Source: Amoebidium appalachense
Taxonomy: Eukaryota > Protista > Ichthyosporea
Length of the DNA stretch: 64,000 nucleotides
Assembly (NCBI GenBank): GCA_963693365.1
Contig: CAVNZM010000010.1
Span: 5,028,060 to 5,092,059 of the forward strand
Reading direction: 5' to 3'
In this document: positions 36,143 through 49,778 of the stretch, piece by piece
How the letters are laid out: every line of letters starts with the position of its first letter
Position numbering within the stretch: the first letter of the stretch is position 1
Notes under the pieces: generated by a model
Seen by the model: only the letters and a program-made list of their open reading frames with translations
Database searches by the model: none
Told to the model about the DNA's origin: nothing
Translations under genes and position numbers: made by a program

Positions 36143-37388
36143 TGATCCAGACCGTTGCACCCCTAGCCGGGAGTTTCAAGAAAGGGATTAACGAGTCCTT
36201 AAACTGAACCACCAGTTTGCTGGACAGGGAGAAATGAACTTGTGCTAGCCTGGATTCTACCGTCTAATATTAGATGTGCAACTGGCTGAGCAGGACAACA
36301 GACATTCCTGAACTTCACCCTACCATACCACACACAAGCACATGTACACACTGTGGCGCACACACGACTGGAGCAAACATTGAATGCGCGCACAGACACA
36401 CACACACGCGCGCATGCGATAACACCCGCACACACATGTGTGTGCAAACACATGCACACACACACACGTGCGCGCATACGTGCACGCCCACACGCGCGAT
36501 TTGAAGGGTGGCCGACGTAACGGAAGTTCCGGTATGCATTTCTTCTGTAATAGCCCTCGAGGCCTTTCCGCCTGAGCCTCCTGAGCCTCACGGGATCATA
36601 GTGAGGCCCACTCCCCCACCTCTCCCCCCCCCCCCCCTCCCCCCCCCTAAAAAAAAAAAAATGTGTGTTCCCTTTTTGGCCATGGCTGCGATCCTATGTT
36701 CAGCATCAGTGCACCCAGACCAAACACACACACTGCCGGAGTGAAACGCATCCGACCGCAAGACTTGGCAAATGCGCAAACATCCACCCCCGCACAGCCA
36801 CACGCAGGTACCTGAGAGTGAACTCTGTTCGATCTCGGTGATTTAGATGTGCCCTCGGCGTGCTTTTTTGTAAAGCAACTGTGTATGTCTTTGTAAATGA
36901 TATGTTATTCAAAATGGTGTGTGCTTTTTGTTATGAATAGAAAATATGTCATATGGACCAATTATTTTTTGCGTGATCGCACCGTGACGATTAGCCAAAT
37001 ATAGAAATTTGGGCGGGAAGTTTTTGCGCGCCAAAAAAGAAGTTTTTATAAAACAATTAAAAAAGTAGGCCTATTGTGTTACGGAGTTAACTCCTGATAT
37101 CGATAGCTTTGACTTATCCGCCCGGGACCGACTTACTGTGACAGTCAGCGATTTGGATGCCAACAACCCGATTTGGATACAAAGTGGCTGCAATTGTGTT
37201 CGGCTGCTGGCAGGCACAAACTTTCCCCCGGCCCTTCGAATTCCATCTCAACAAATTTTAAGTTTGACCGTGCACCCTTACTAGGGTACAATCGATGCTG
37301 TGTGGATGACTGTGGTTACCGTGAGGGGACCCTTGGCGGCCGCTACGGAAACAAAACGGGATAAAGTAAATTAAAAAAAGGAATATTT

Positions 37389-37422
<34 letters not shown>

Positions 37423-38340
37423 GGGGGGGGGGGGAGGGGGAGGGTAACCGTGACGTGCAAAAAACGGATTGTTATAAGCTTACCCGGGCACACGACACAA
37501 CATGCTGCTTCGGCCAATTAGTCCTTTTTCCCAGCTACCAAAAATGGCAACTTAGACGCATGCAAATGCAATTTAGATTATTTTAGTACCTGTAAAGACC
37601 ACGTGACATCTGTAAAAACCCGGAAATCTACAAACCCGGAATTCTTGTTCGAGATATACTTTTGTGATATACTTCCTGTTTGATACTTGACGTTGGCCAT
37701 GGCTGCCACTGATCAGGAAGGCATTGGGCGCTTCAATTTGTTTTGTCTGCTGTTGTCTGCCGCTTTCGCTTTAACCCTTGCACAGAAATTGTTGTTATGT
37801 AAATTCGGTGTAGAAACCGCGCAATATCTGCATAAAACGGTAACTGGCAGTGGAAATACCACTTACTGGCTGGCCAATCACGCCTGGCCTTGCCAAAAGG
37901 GAAAATTTTCAAACCCTTTGCATGCAACTTGTCAATAAATCTGAGTTGTTAACCCCTTTTAGGGAGCAGCCCCCCTCCCTCCCCCCTCCCCCCCCCCTCC
38001 CCCCCCCCCCCCCCCCCCCCAAACACACACACACACACACACACAACACCAAGAGGTCAAAGGGTCGAAACCCATTCGAATTCTCTTGTCGAAATGATCA
38101 TGCATATGCCATGGACCCCGGGCCCACACGATGGTGGGCTTTGTTCAAGTGCCTTTTTCCTGCAAATTTATTCCTTTTGTTGAAACTTCCCAGTTTCTGT
38201 GCTTTTGTTATATTTTGTGCTTTGCCTGTTATAATCTCTCCACTAATACTTGTACTCCCATAACTCCAACCCCCTAATGCATGCTGCATGCGATCCCCCC
38301 CAACCCTCCCTTTTTCGCGGTCTCCCGCCCCATAATTAAG

Positions 38341-38437
<97 letters not shown>

Positions 38438-39188
38438 CGTGCGTGTGTGTGTGAGTGAGGGAGGTGGGGTGGAGAGGGGGGGGGGGGGGGGGGGGGGGAG
38501 GGGGGGGGGGGAGGGGGGACGGGGATAAGTGAACTCTGAAAACCGATCGACACAGGTCCCTATGGCCCGAACATACAACATAAACCCCAGACATTTATAT
38601 TTAAAGGCGGCACACCCGGCATAGGTATACCGGTTTACCAAAACCGGTGACCTACAGATGACACATAGCAGTACATACACTATGTAACCACACTTTTTGT
38701 TGAATCGTAGTATGATACTCGATTTAACAACTGCTTACACAAAGAAAGACCCGGCGTGACAGCATGCACATGCACATCTCTTGAAAATTTCCCATTTTAA
38801 AAATTGAACTACAACAACTTACATACACATTACATCTCGCGTATCTAAATCTTCCACTTATTAATATCCGAACTACCATTGCGGGCCAGATTCACAATTC
38901 AGAAAAATATCTGCAATGGAGCATGAGCCCTGGGGAGAGCGATTATCTAAAGCGCACGGTTTGCTATATCTCGCAACGCAACAGGTCCTGCTGCGGCCCA
39001 AAATGAGATATACAGGAGATATACCAACATGCAAAAGGACCAATATCTGCACTGTACATGAAAACTTTAAAATCCCTGTCCCACACGTACAACACAGCAG
39101 ATCCTTCTCAGTGAGATACAGAGATAATCCGGATATATACAAACCAAAAGACAAACATCTCAAATGCACGGCTGTCTACATCATGCAA

Positions 39189-39237
39189 CAGGGTAGTTAC
39201 TGGTTATTACTATCCAGAAAATTACCAAACTACCCTG
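39189..39237. mobile_element. 49-bp inverted-repeat element with CAGGG...CCCTG ends
   Basis: CAGGGTAGTT...AACTACCCTG perfect 10-bp inverted repeat plus inner TGGT/ACCA pairing; no target-site duplication seen. Confidence 0.45.
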
Positions 39238-39246
39238 AGGGGTCCC

Positions 39247-39284
<38 letters not shown>

Positions 39285-39587
39285 ACAGAAAACTGATAGA
39301 ACATGAAAGGAGCAAACAAGCAAAGCGGCTACGTTTTCAAACACCTTGCAGCATGTATGTCCCTTTAACATGTACCTTGTAATCAACACTACAGGTAGGT
39401 TAAAGAAACACAAGAACCGAAAAAACCTTCTACATACACAGCCCGGCTATTTGGGTGAAGGGAGGGGGAGAGCCTCAGAGGGAAGGGAGGGGGAGAGCCT
39501 CAGAGGGGAGGTGCGAAGGGGGTGGAGGAGGAAGGGGGGGGGGGGGGGGGGGGGGGGGGGGTTGTTCACATAGTAACCCGTTCATTA

Positions 39588-39976
39588 TCACTGTTTGCAG
39601 AGTTGGAACACCGTGCTCCACACCACCTCCTGCGCGCGCCGGCCCTCGACGGACATGTTCACCATCTCCTCTCCTCTCTTCCTCGCCTTTTCCAACTTTT
39701 CAACCACCCCCGAAACGGCTCCCAGCACCTTTTCCCGGGAATATTGTTCTAGTTTTTCCCTTTCATGGGCAGCGACTTTCAGCTGCGACATAAAGCGCTC
39801 GCGCGCGGCTTGTGCCCTGGCATCCTTCTGACAGAGCACGTCATTCCTGCATCACACGATCAGACTGCTTGAATTTCAGGCAGAACCCCTTTGGGCTTGA
39901 ACAATAGGCAAGTGTGAAAGAGACGGGAGCTGATGGGATTATCGTGCTGGGCGGGGCGGGGCGGGGCCGAGGGGGG

Positions 39977-40015
<39 letters not shown>

Positions 40016-40198
40016 GAAGGAGGAGGAGGAGGAGAAGAGGGGGGAAGGAAGGGAAGAGGAGGGGAGGGGGGAATGAAGGGAAGACCATAATCGGATAACG
40101 CTAATGGGGTTGGGTGTGTTAGGGTGGGAGGGGTGGATGGGTTGTATGCGTCAGAAAAGGGATATATGCCAGTCCATTCGAAGACGTTGAAAACATTG

Positions 40199-40274
<76 letters not shown>

Positions 40275-41220
40275 CATGTACCAAACCCACCAAAAAACGT
40301 GCAAATAAGGGGTATTTGAACAGAGACAACCAGCAGGCTAACAAACAAAAACTTACCTATGTCCATTATCTATCGCACTCATCCATTCCGCGTGCAGGAC
40401 CTTATAAGCGTCTCTCCGAACCTGCGTCTCCTCTTCCGCATCTGAAAAATCCCTCACCGCCGTGGCCCATTGGCCGAGAAATTCCATTGGGTCTATCTCA
40501 CCTCCCCAACGCACGTGTTGCCCTGGACCACCCATCTGGTCCTGTATATCCCGCCAACTATCCAACACAATTTTGATATCCGCCACAAATTTCTCCGCGT
40601 CGTCGAAAGCACCATCCATCTCCGCCGTAACATTTACAAAATCAATCATGAAGGCGGACCTTTTCTTGCATTTTCGGTTTCTGAGAGATAAAATTTCCCG
40701 TTTGATTTTTCGTATTTTTTGTATTTCGCTCGTGTCGGCTAATTGATCCATATCGAAAAACCGGTTCAGGTCTGCCAATAGTGGAGAAACCCTCTCTGCC
40801 AGGTCGTGGTGGGATGGAGGGTGCTGATTTTTGTCGCGGTTCAAGTGTCCTGAGTGGGGAAAACGGGTGTTTTGTTTAGCAGCGTGTAGGAACATGGGTG
40901 TTATGCTTAGCAGGGCCTAAGAAAAACAGTGTTCTGTTCTGCAGGGCACAGCAGAAGGGTGCTTCTGCTTCTCAGGTAGTATCTATTCGTTTAACCCCAA
41001 AGCAAAACCCCTCGTCAGAGAGAAAAACTAGAGAGGGCAAACAGAGGGACATAGCAGAGACAAACCGGGGGAAGGGGGGGGGATGAAGGGGGGAGAGGGG
41101 GCGGGGGGGACGGGAGAGCTCCCTTTTTCTTTAGCTTTTCTCCTTTGAGGGGCGGCGGCGGGGGGGGGGGGGGGGGGGGGGAGGGGAGAAGGGGGGGGGG
41201 AGGAGGGGGGGGGGTGGGGT

Positions 41221-41270
<50 letters not shown>

Positions 41271-41538
41271 CTACCTTGGCGATTGGAAGGCGCATTATGC
41301 GTATCAACACGTCCATTCGCAGCAGCAACAACGTTTGCGATTTGTGGTTGAGGTAGCATTGAAGGTTCGAGAACATTCTGTGAAGAGGAGGCGGAAATAT
41401 AAATATCAAAATATTACAGCAAGGCCGCCAGGGGATAAAGGAAATGATTGATTGCTGTAGGCCCACACCCATGCAGTGCACACACCCATACACATACAGA
41501 GATACACACACACACATGCACACACGCACACCCACCCA

Positions 41539-41572
<34 letters not shown>

Positions 41573-41797
41573 CCCCCCCCCCCCCCCCCCCCCCCCCCCC
41601 ACCCACCCACCTACCCACTCATCCCCAGGCCCCTCCCTCACCCCCACCCCTACCCCACCCACACACCCCCTACACGCACACACGCCTGCTCTTAATTCAC
41701 CACCACCACACGTGTCATATTCAGCCAAATTCAAACACCCAGTCCATTGCGCAAAGTGGGCACACAAAGTGGACACATGCGGACACATGCGGACACA

Positions 41798-41888
<91 letters not shown>

Positions 41889-42187
41889 CCACACCCACCC
41901 ATAAACACATACCCCCCCCCCCACACACACACACACTTACACGCCTGCTCTAACCCACCACCACCACATGTGTCACATGCAGCCATTTTCGTTTCACCCA
42001 CCCCATTGCGCAATTCCTCTGGATTTAGTGCTGGGACGGCAGGTCGGGGGGTAGGTGGAGTTGGTGGGGCCAGATTTGAGCCAATCACCGTATCGGGGGC
42101 TCTCTCACGTGGTACAGACTGGTCGGATTCCTGCTGCTGTGGCCAAAGTGATTGGTCAATACTTAGAGAGGCACATAGTTTTCCCAT
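39588..42187 (-). CDS. Coiled-coil-rich exons; probable C-terminal part of the ankyrin gene or a separate gene
   Basis: Exons at ~42170-41941, 41377-41275, ~40890-40357 (DLNRFFDMDQLADTSEIQKIRKIKREILSL...WMSAIDNGH) and 39847-39588 (NDVLCQKDARAQAARERFMSQLK...CKQ*). Phase linkage upstream of 40890 was not resolved. Confidence 0.65.
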
Positions 42188-42896
42188 ATATGGAAGGTGG
42201 GGGATAAGTCATGTCTAGATTACATTTTAGATCAGATCAGATCAGATAGATTAGACGGTACAACTTTGGATTCCTGCCGCTGTGACCAAAGTGCGTGATC
42301 CATACACAGGGAGGTGTATATTTTATCCATACATGGAAGGCAGGGTATTAGACACATTTAAATAGCATTAGGCCAGATCAGATTATATTAGATTGTGCAG
42401 ATAGAGGCGGGGGTTCATACACAGCAGGTCAGAACAGATGAGGTTTCCTTGGGAAGATACGTGCATGATTTGGGAACTTCTAAGGAAATACAACCGACGA
42501 AAGCCTCTGGAAAACTCAATCGTAATTGCCGTGGCTCCTATTTTCTAACTACCATTCTCTCACTCTTCCCTTCCACTTCTTCATCTTTTGTTTCATTCTT
42601 TTCTGTCACTCATCCCCCCCCCCCCCCCCCTCCCCCCAATTGATGGTGCGGGGAGAATTACAATGCATCACACGAAAGTACAAGTATAACATAAACACCT
42701 AGAACTAAAAACCAAACATCCCCCCCCCCCCCCTCCCCCCCCCACCCACCACCACCACAAAAAAAGAAGAAGAAGAAGAATAAGACAAAGGGCATCCAAA
42801 CGCCTGCAGGTGCTCCCCCATAGAGAGGGCCAAGAGTTTTTTCCTCCGTTAACAACACGCAAGCACTATAGCTATAATAATATAGGAAGACACATA

Positions 42897-43141
42897 CCAT
42901 ACTTTTCCGGTTTCGCCCGATTGATTGAGCTGTCTTTGGTGCCTGTGAAGGGGGGAAACCAGTCATGAAACTGTTGCAAGAGAACGTTATGTGGATGAGA
43001 AAGCTTTTGGGGGTTGGGGAAGGGGGGGGGGGGGGAGGGGGCTTGAAAAGCATACAGAGAAAAGAAACCAAAGTATGAGAGTTAGAGAGCGGGAGAGAGA
43101 GAGAGAGAGGGGGGGGGAGGGGGGGGGGGGGGGGGGGGGGG

Positions 43142-43178
<37 letters not shown>

Positions 43179-44142
43179 AGAGAGAGAGAGAGAGAGAAGG
43201 AGAGAGAAAGGAGGAGAGGGAGAGAGGGAGTGTGTGTAGGCGTGCGGATTTGCGAGTCTGCCCATGTCTCTCTCTCTCTCTCTCTCTCTCTCCCCCTCTC
43301 TCTCACTCTCTCTCTCTCTGTGTGTGCGTGTGTGTGTGTGTACACCCACAGATATATGTGGATATGTGGTTGTATTCAGACGCCCACATAGTAGATGCAT
43401 GGGGGGTAGAGGGGGAGGAAAAGGCAGTTCAGAGATCGAGGGGAAAAGGGGGGGGGGGGGGGGGGGGGAGACCTAGGAGAGAGCGGGGGGGGGGGGGGGG
43501 GGAGGGGGGGGGGGGGGGGGGGAAGGGAGGGGGGGGAGCTGATTCCCAAGGGAAGATGCATATGAGGCCACAATCACACACAGCCTATGTCTCTCTTTTT
43601 GACACCCACCGAATAGACCACAGGGGATTGGAACCTAGGCACATGGTGTGTTTTCTCCATCGGGCGTTGGCCATGTTGTCCTGCCCCGTTATTGGGAACC
43701 ACCTGCATACGTCATGCACACGTGTAAAGTTCTTTGGTCAACACCTGCCCTATTGGATAATGATACGAGAGGAATTGGCAGGCGTTTTTTTCTTTTTTTT
43801 TGAGGGGGAGGGGGGGGGAGGGGGGGAGTCGGGGGGGAGAAGAGGAAGGAAGACAGTAGCACAACAGAGAACGTAGGCTAAAAATGCCCTGTGTCCGGAT
43901 TGGCAGGGAGTGGCCAATAAAAGTGCAATGATCCCCGACCGAAATACTGATGCACAGGCAAAGAAACAGCGCAAAAAATTCACACAGGCCAAGAAATACA
44001 ACAGCCGAATGCCCTTCCCCCCTCCCCCCTCCCCCCTCCCCCCCCCCCCCCTCCCCCCTTTACAGGGAAAAAAGGGCGAGCAAGTGGAGGAGGTGGTGGG
44101 GGGAAGGAGGAGGAGGAGGAGGGGGGGGGGGGGGGGGGGGGG

Positions 44143-44178
<36 letters not shown>

Positions 44179-44942
44179 GGCGAGGTACCTTCTTTTGTTT
44201 CTGAGGCTTTGGTTCTTGCTGCTCAGGTTCCTCCTCTCTGATTTGTCGTTTTCTTGACGCCGTTTCGGGTCGTTTTTCGGGTCGTGTTTCCTTCGGTGCC
44301 TCTTTGCCCTCCTGCAATGAACAAAAAGATAGTCAGCAGCCTTTAATGTCCTTTGTTATTACTAACTACACATAACCTATCACTGTGATCATAAATAAAT
44401 GTTAATGTTGATTATAACACAAAGGTGGAAGGGATCATTGGGTTTGCAACCATCACATACACCACGCATCCGATAGAGAGGCCCGACGGACCCCCCCCCC
44501 CCCCCCCCCCCCCCCCCCCTTTTTTTTTTTAAACTCTCCACCACTGCCCCTCTCTGTAGTGCAAAATATAATCAACAGAAGAAACTCTCCTATAGCTACC
44601 GATGGCTATTTAACCAGCACAAACACGTGAGTGAAAAAAGGCAAGACAGCACACGGGGGGTCCCCATCGATCTCTTGGCTCGAATCGATATCCTCCCCTC
44701 CGTCCCCTCCCACCCGACCTCCCCCCTCCCTTCCCTTTCTCCTACACCCGAAAACCTCCCCTCTCCTTGATTGTCTCCCCTCCCTTTTGCTCCTTTCTTC
44801 TCCTCCCCTTACTGGGTCCACCACTTTCTCCATCAAATATATCCCTTCTCCCATCTCTCTGACCGAAAACACACAAGGCAAGCTTTCGGATTAACACTTA
44901 AGTAACAATACCATATTTCAGTGGGTGTGCGTGTGCGTTTGC

Positions 44943-44973
<31 letters not shown>

Positions 44974-46833
44974 TGTGCGTGTTCTGATTCCCACCTCAGC
45001 TAGCAGGTGGTTCAGCAGGTTGCGGACTTTGAAGTGGCACAACGACTTGACCGGAACGGACTTGCACTGTGACCGGCAGGTGCGTGTTACCCCTTCTGGC
45101 TTTCTTTCTTCCTTTTTTTTTTTCCCATTGTCTTTTTTTTTTTTTTTTTTTTCCCCGCGGGCACAGGAGGGAGTACACAACCACATGCAGTAGCACACAC
45201 TCTTTCTTCTAAGGTTGCGCAGGAGATTCGGCACCCACACTCCTATCATTTACCTGTACCATCACACGATTCCTTAAGGCCTTTCCAACCGCACGGGAAA
45301 AAAAAGGTTTACGAAACAAATATAGTCTGACAACAACCACAAACCTTTGCTTGCATGCCCCAGACTGCCCTAACCGCTTGTCTATCCATAAAGGCATGCC
45401 ACCAAACTTCGGCGCACCAATGATTGAAAAGCCAGGACACTATATTCTAAGAAGAAAATATTTCTACCTGTACGTACACACGGAACAAGGATAAAGGTTG
45501 TTTCTGTGTTTACCATGGTGACAGCACAACAACTTGTCGTGTTCTTCATGCTAAAAAAGGGAAAAGAACGGAAGTAAGCTGGGGGAAGGGGGGGGGGGGG
45601 GGGGGGGGGGGGGAGGGGGGGGGAGGGAACAACGAGATAGAGAGTGAGAGTAGGGGGTGGAGGGGAGGGAGGGAGGGAGGGAGGGAGGGAGGGAGGGATA
45701 GAGGGAGGGAGGGAGGGAGGGAGGGAGGGGGGGGGGGGTTTGAATGCGGAACACAGTACGAAGTACGCATACACGATGAGAAGCATGGTGCAGGACACAT
45801 GCAAAGGCAAACATTCAAGTATGCAGCATCAGCCATGCGCACAGTATGCGCCATAAGCAGAGCCCATCCTCAGGGAGGGCCCAAGTCATCAATTGCGTCT
45901 GAGTTTCGACCCCTTAGCCCGCGTATATACGACGCTCCAACTCAGACAGCAGCATCAACTGAACTTGGGTGGGTCAACCCGTCTTGATCAAAGACGAGCA
46001 GGGTTGCTTATGCAAGCAAGGTGAGCAAAACGGTGAAGATGTATGTGCAAACTAATGCAGTGCAGCGACAAACGCGTATGTGCTTACAGATGCACGACAC
46101 AGAGCAACCATGCCCGGTTGCATGGAAGTAAAGATGTCTCCACACAGTGGTCTGTCCTGAAAGGACACCTCTGAAAGAAGACAGGGGGGGTTTTGAATGC
46201 GGAACACAGTACGAAGTACGCATACACGATGAGAAGCATGGTGCAGGACACATGCAAAGGCAAACATTCAAGTATGCAGCATCAGCCATGCGCACAGTAT
46301 GCGCCATAAGCAGAGCCCATCCTCAGGGAGGGCCCAAGTCATCAATTGCGTCTGAGTTTCGACCCCTTAGCCCGCGTATATACGACGCTCCAACTCAGAC
46401 AGCAGCATCAACTGAACTTGGGTGGGTCAACCCGTCTTGATCAAAGACGAGCAGGGTTGCTTATGCAAGCAAGGTGAGCAAAACGGTGAAGATGTATGTG
46501 CAAACTAATGCAGTGCAGCGACAAACGCGTATGTGCTTACAGATGCACGACACAGAGCAACCATGCCCGGTTGCATGGAAGTAAAGATGTCTAATCAAGT
46601 ATGCAGCATCAGCCATGCGCACAGTATGCGCCATAAGCAGAGCCCATCCTCAGGGAGGGCCCAAGTCATCAATTGCGTCTGAGTTTCGACCCCTTAGCCC
46701 GCGTATATACGACGCTCCAACTCAGACAGCAGCATCAACTGAACTTGGGTGGGTCAACCCGTCTTGATCAAAGACGAGCAGGGTTGCTTATGCAAGCAAG
46801 GTGAGCAGGAGGGGGGGGGGGGGGGGGGGGGGG

Positions 46834-46878
<45 letters not shown>

Positions 46879-47261
46879 CAAACCTCGTATCCGGGCATGT
46901 CTTTCAATACTTTTCCTTCCGAATATTTCACCAGAGCCTCCACCGTTGCGCAAAAATCCGACCCACCCGGTAGTGGGTGCTTTCTCCCCTGCCAGCTTTC
47001 CCTCATGCACAGGAGAATAGGCTGCTCCCCACCCTGCTAAACACACACTTAACAAGTCATTTTGGTTTCCCGATACATCCCCCCCCCCCCCCCAAAAAAA
47101 AATAAAAAAAAAATAAATAAATAAATAAATAATTAAATAAATAAATAGATAATGGTCACTAATGCCCTCGTTTTCTCTATCACACGTGCTCATGTGTACG
47201 GGTTCGTGCCAATATGTGCGCAGGCATGTGCGTGAGCATGTACGTGTGTGTGTCTGTGTGT

Positions 47262-47326
<65 letters not shown>

Positions 47327-47832
47327 TGTGTGTCTGTGCACATTTGACACACGTGTTTCTGTGTGAGTGTTTGTGTTTGTGTGTGCGTGTGAGTGTGAGC
47401 GTGCTTGTGTTTGTGTGTGTGCTCGTCTTTTCTTTTTGGATTCGTTCTGCGTGGTAAAAGGGCGGGGGAGGGTGGTGGTAGTTGCGGGGGGGGTGGGGTT
47501 TGGGGGGTGGGGCGGGGGAAGCTTGTAAATACTTGCAATGTATGAACTGCACGTTCACGACTAACAACACAATGCATATTTTACAAAAAAGAGCACGCAC
47601 ACAGAGCTACTGTGTATGCATAATCATCAAGCCCATTCATGGGGGGATTATTTTTTTCTTTCCTTTTTTTTTCTTTTTTTTTCCCTTTTTTTTTGGGGGG
47701 GGGGAGGGGTTAGGGGTTATAAACTACAAAGTGCACATTCATAAACTCAACATAATGCAGACTACAAACCGCACAAAGAGTATGCATGACAAGCAGAGCC
47801 CATCCTCACGAGGGGGCCCAAAGGGCCTCCGG

Positions 47833-47865
<33 letters not shown>

Positions 47866-47886
47866 GGGGGGGGGGGAGGGGTGGGT

Positions 47887-47947
<61 letters not shown>

Positions 47948-49743
47948 CCAGGTTCCTTGGGTCAGCCCCGTTTTTCAGCAGCCACTCGACTATCCTACTC
48001 TTGCCGGCCTTTGCAGCTTCACACAGGGCAGTCATACCCTCCTAAGAAATCAAGAAACGAATCGTGTGTGAATGTGCGTGTGTGTAGGTGTATGTGTGCT
48101 TGTGTGTGTGTGTGTGTGTGAGTGTGTGTGTGTGTGCAACTGCATGATGGTTGTGGTGGTGGTGGCAGCGGTGTGTTGGTGTGGTGGGGTCGGGGTGGGC
48201 AGAGCAGGGGTGCAGGGGGAGGGGGAGGAGGGGGGGAGGAGGTAAGAATGTTGTACACAGCACGAATCAAAACGACCAGCAATTGGTGGCGGTGGTGGTT
48301 GCGGGGGGAGGGGAGGGGGGGGGGGGAGGTGGTCATCCGCTTCGCGCAAGTTTTTCTATTCAGACATTTCTTCGCTTGTGCCGAACCACACCAAGGCACT
48401 GCTTTATGACGCTTATGTGTGTTTGCGTCGATTTGCACGTCTGCTATATCTTTTTATTTTTTTTTGCTGCATCAGTGGAGTGAGGGATTGTGCGATGCCA
48501 ACCGAGGCCCTGTGCCGGGCTACAGATAACTTAGTAAACTACAATATAAGATTAATGTAAATGGGCTCGGGGAGGGGGGGAGGGGGGGAGGGGGGGGGGG
48601 GGGGGGGGGGGCTTGGCTGGCGCGGGGCGTATGCAAAGACACCCGTCCGGAGGATTACTCATACGGCCTTGAAACTGTGCATTACGTAAATATCTCGCTA
48701 GTCACCTTCTGAGAAAATCAAAACAACAAGCAACTTAAAAGCATAACTCCACCCTGCATACAAGCGAGTTATCCCAAAACAATATGGAAGGGTTAAAAAA
48801 AAAAAAAAAAAAAAAAAGCTCACCTTGTCTGCAACGTCGACCCTGGCTCCTATCTCAGCCGCAGCGTCAGCCCATTCTATAAATAGGTCTGCATCGTCAT
48901 CTGAAATGTTTGCTGCACCCCATGCCAGCATGGTGATTCCATCCTGCCCCCACAACAACAAACGGTCAGACAAAAGAAAATACTGCCTCTTCAAACACAT
49001 CCCCCCCCCCCCCCCCCCCGCGCTCCTTCCCCCACCTCCCCCCCCCCCCCCCCCCCATGCCATCCCTACAATCCCCCCCCCCCCCCTCCCCCCCCTCCCC
49101 CCTCCCCCCTCCCAGCCACCACCACCACCACCTCCTCTCCCTGCCCTACCGTGCCCCAACCCCTCCCCGATGAGTTACACATCAAAACGACCCTCCTATC
49201 GTTGAACTTCATTAAAAAGGAGAACTATCAAAGTATCTCCCCGCATATGGGGGCGGGGCGGATTCAGATGTCTCAAAAGGTAAACACTGGCCGGTGCAAG
49301 CCCCTTAACGACCGCGCCGGCTCATTTCTCAGTTACTCAGTAGCATGCATGGGACTTTCCTTGTTTATCGATTCCTCCAAAAGGGGCCATCCCATCTTTG
49401 GCGAAAACCAATCAGTGCGCTCGATTCTCACGGCTGCGGCCGGCCGTGAGCCACTCGATGACGTCAGAACCTACCACAAAATTACGTCTCACCGAGAAAG
49501 GCCGACGTAGGTGTTAAACCCAGATGCAGCCCAAAAAGGCAGTGGGCAACTAAGTAGGCCAATGGAAGCATTTCACATAGCCAAGCAACGTGCGTCATAT
49601 TTACACCCTTGCTTAGATATCAACTACCCCTTGTCCGCACAAAAACTACAAAACAAAAAAACCAACAATGCCCCCTCCCCCGGCTCCCCCCCCCCCCCCC
49701 CCCCCTCTCCCCCTCTCCTCCCACCCCACCCCTAAACACACAC

Positions 49744-49778
<35 letters not shown>

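Noticed and set aside
36900-39180. High-complexity intergenic blocks with short ORFs (also 23100-23660)
   Set aside because: No recognisable protein motifs, splice-consistent exons or paired termini could be supported.
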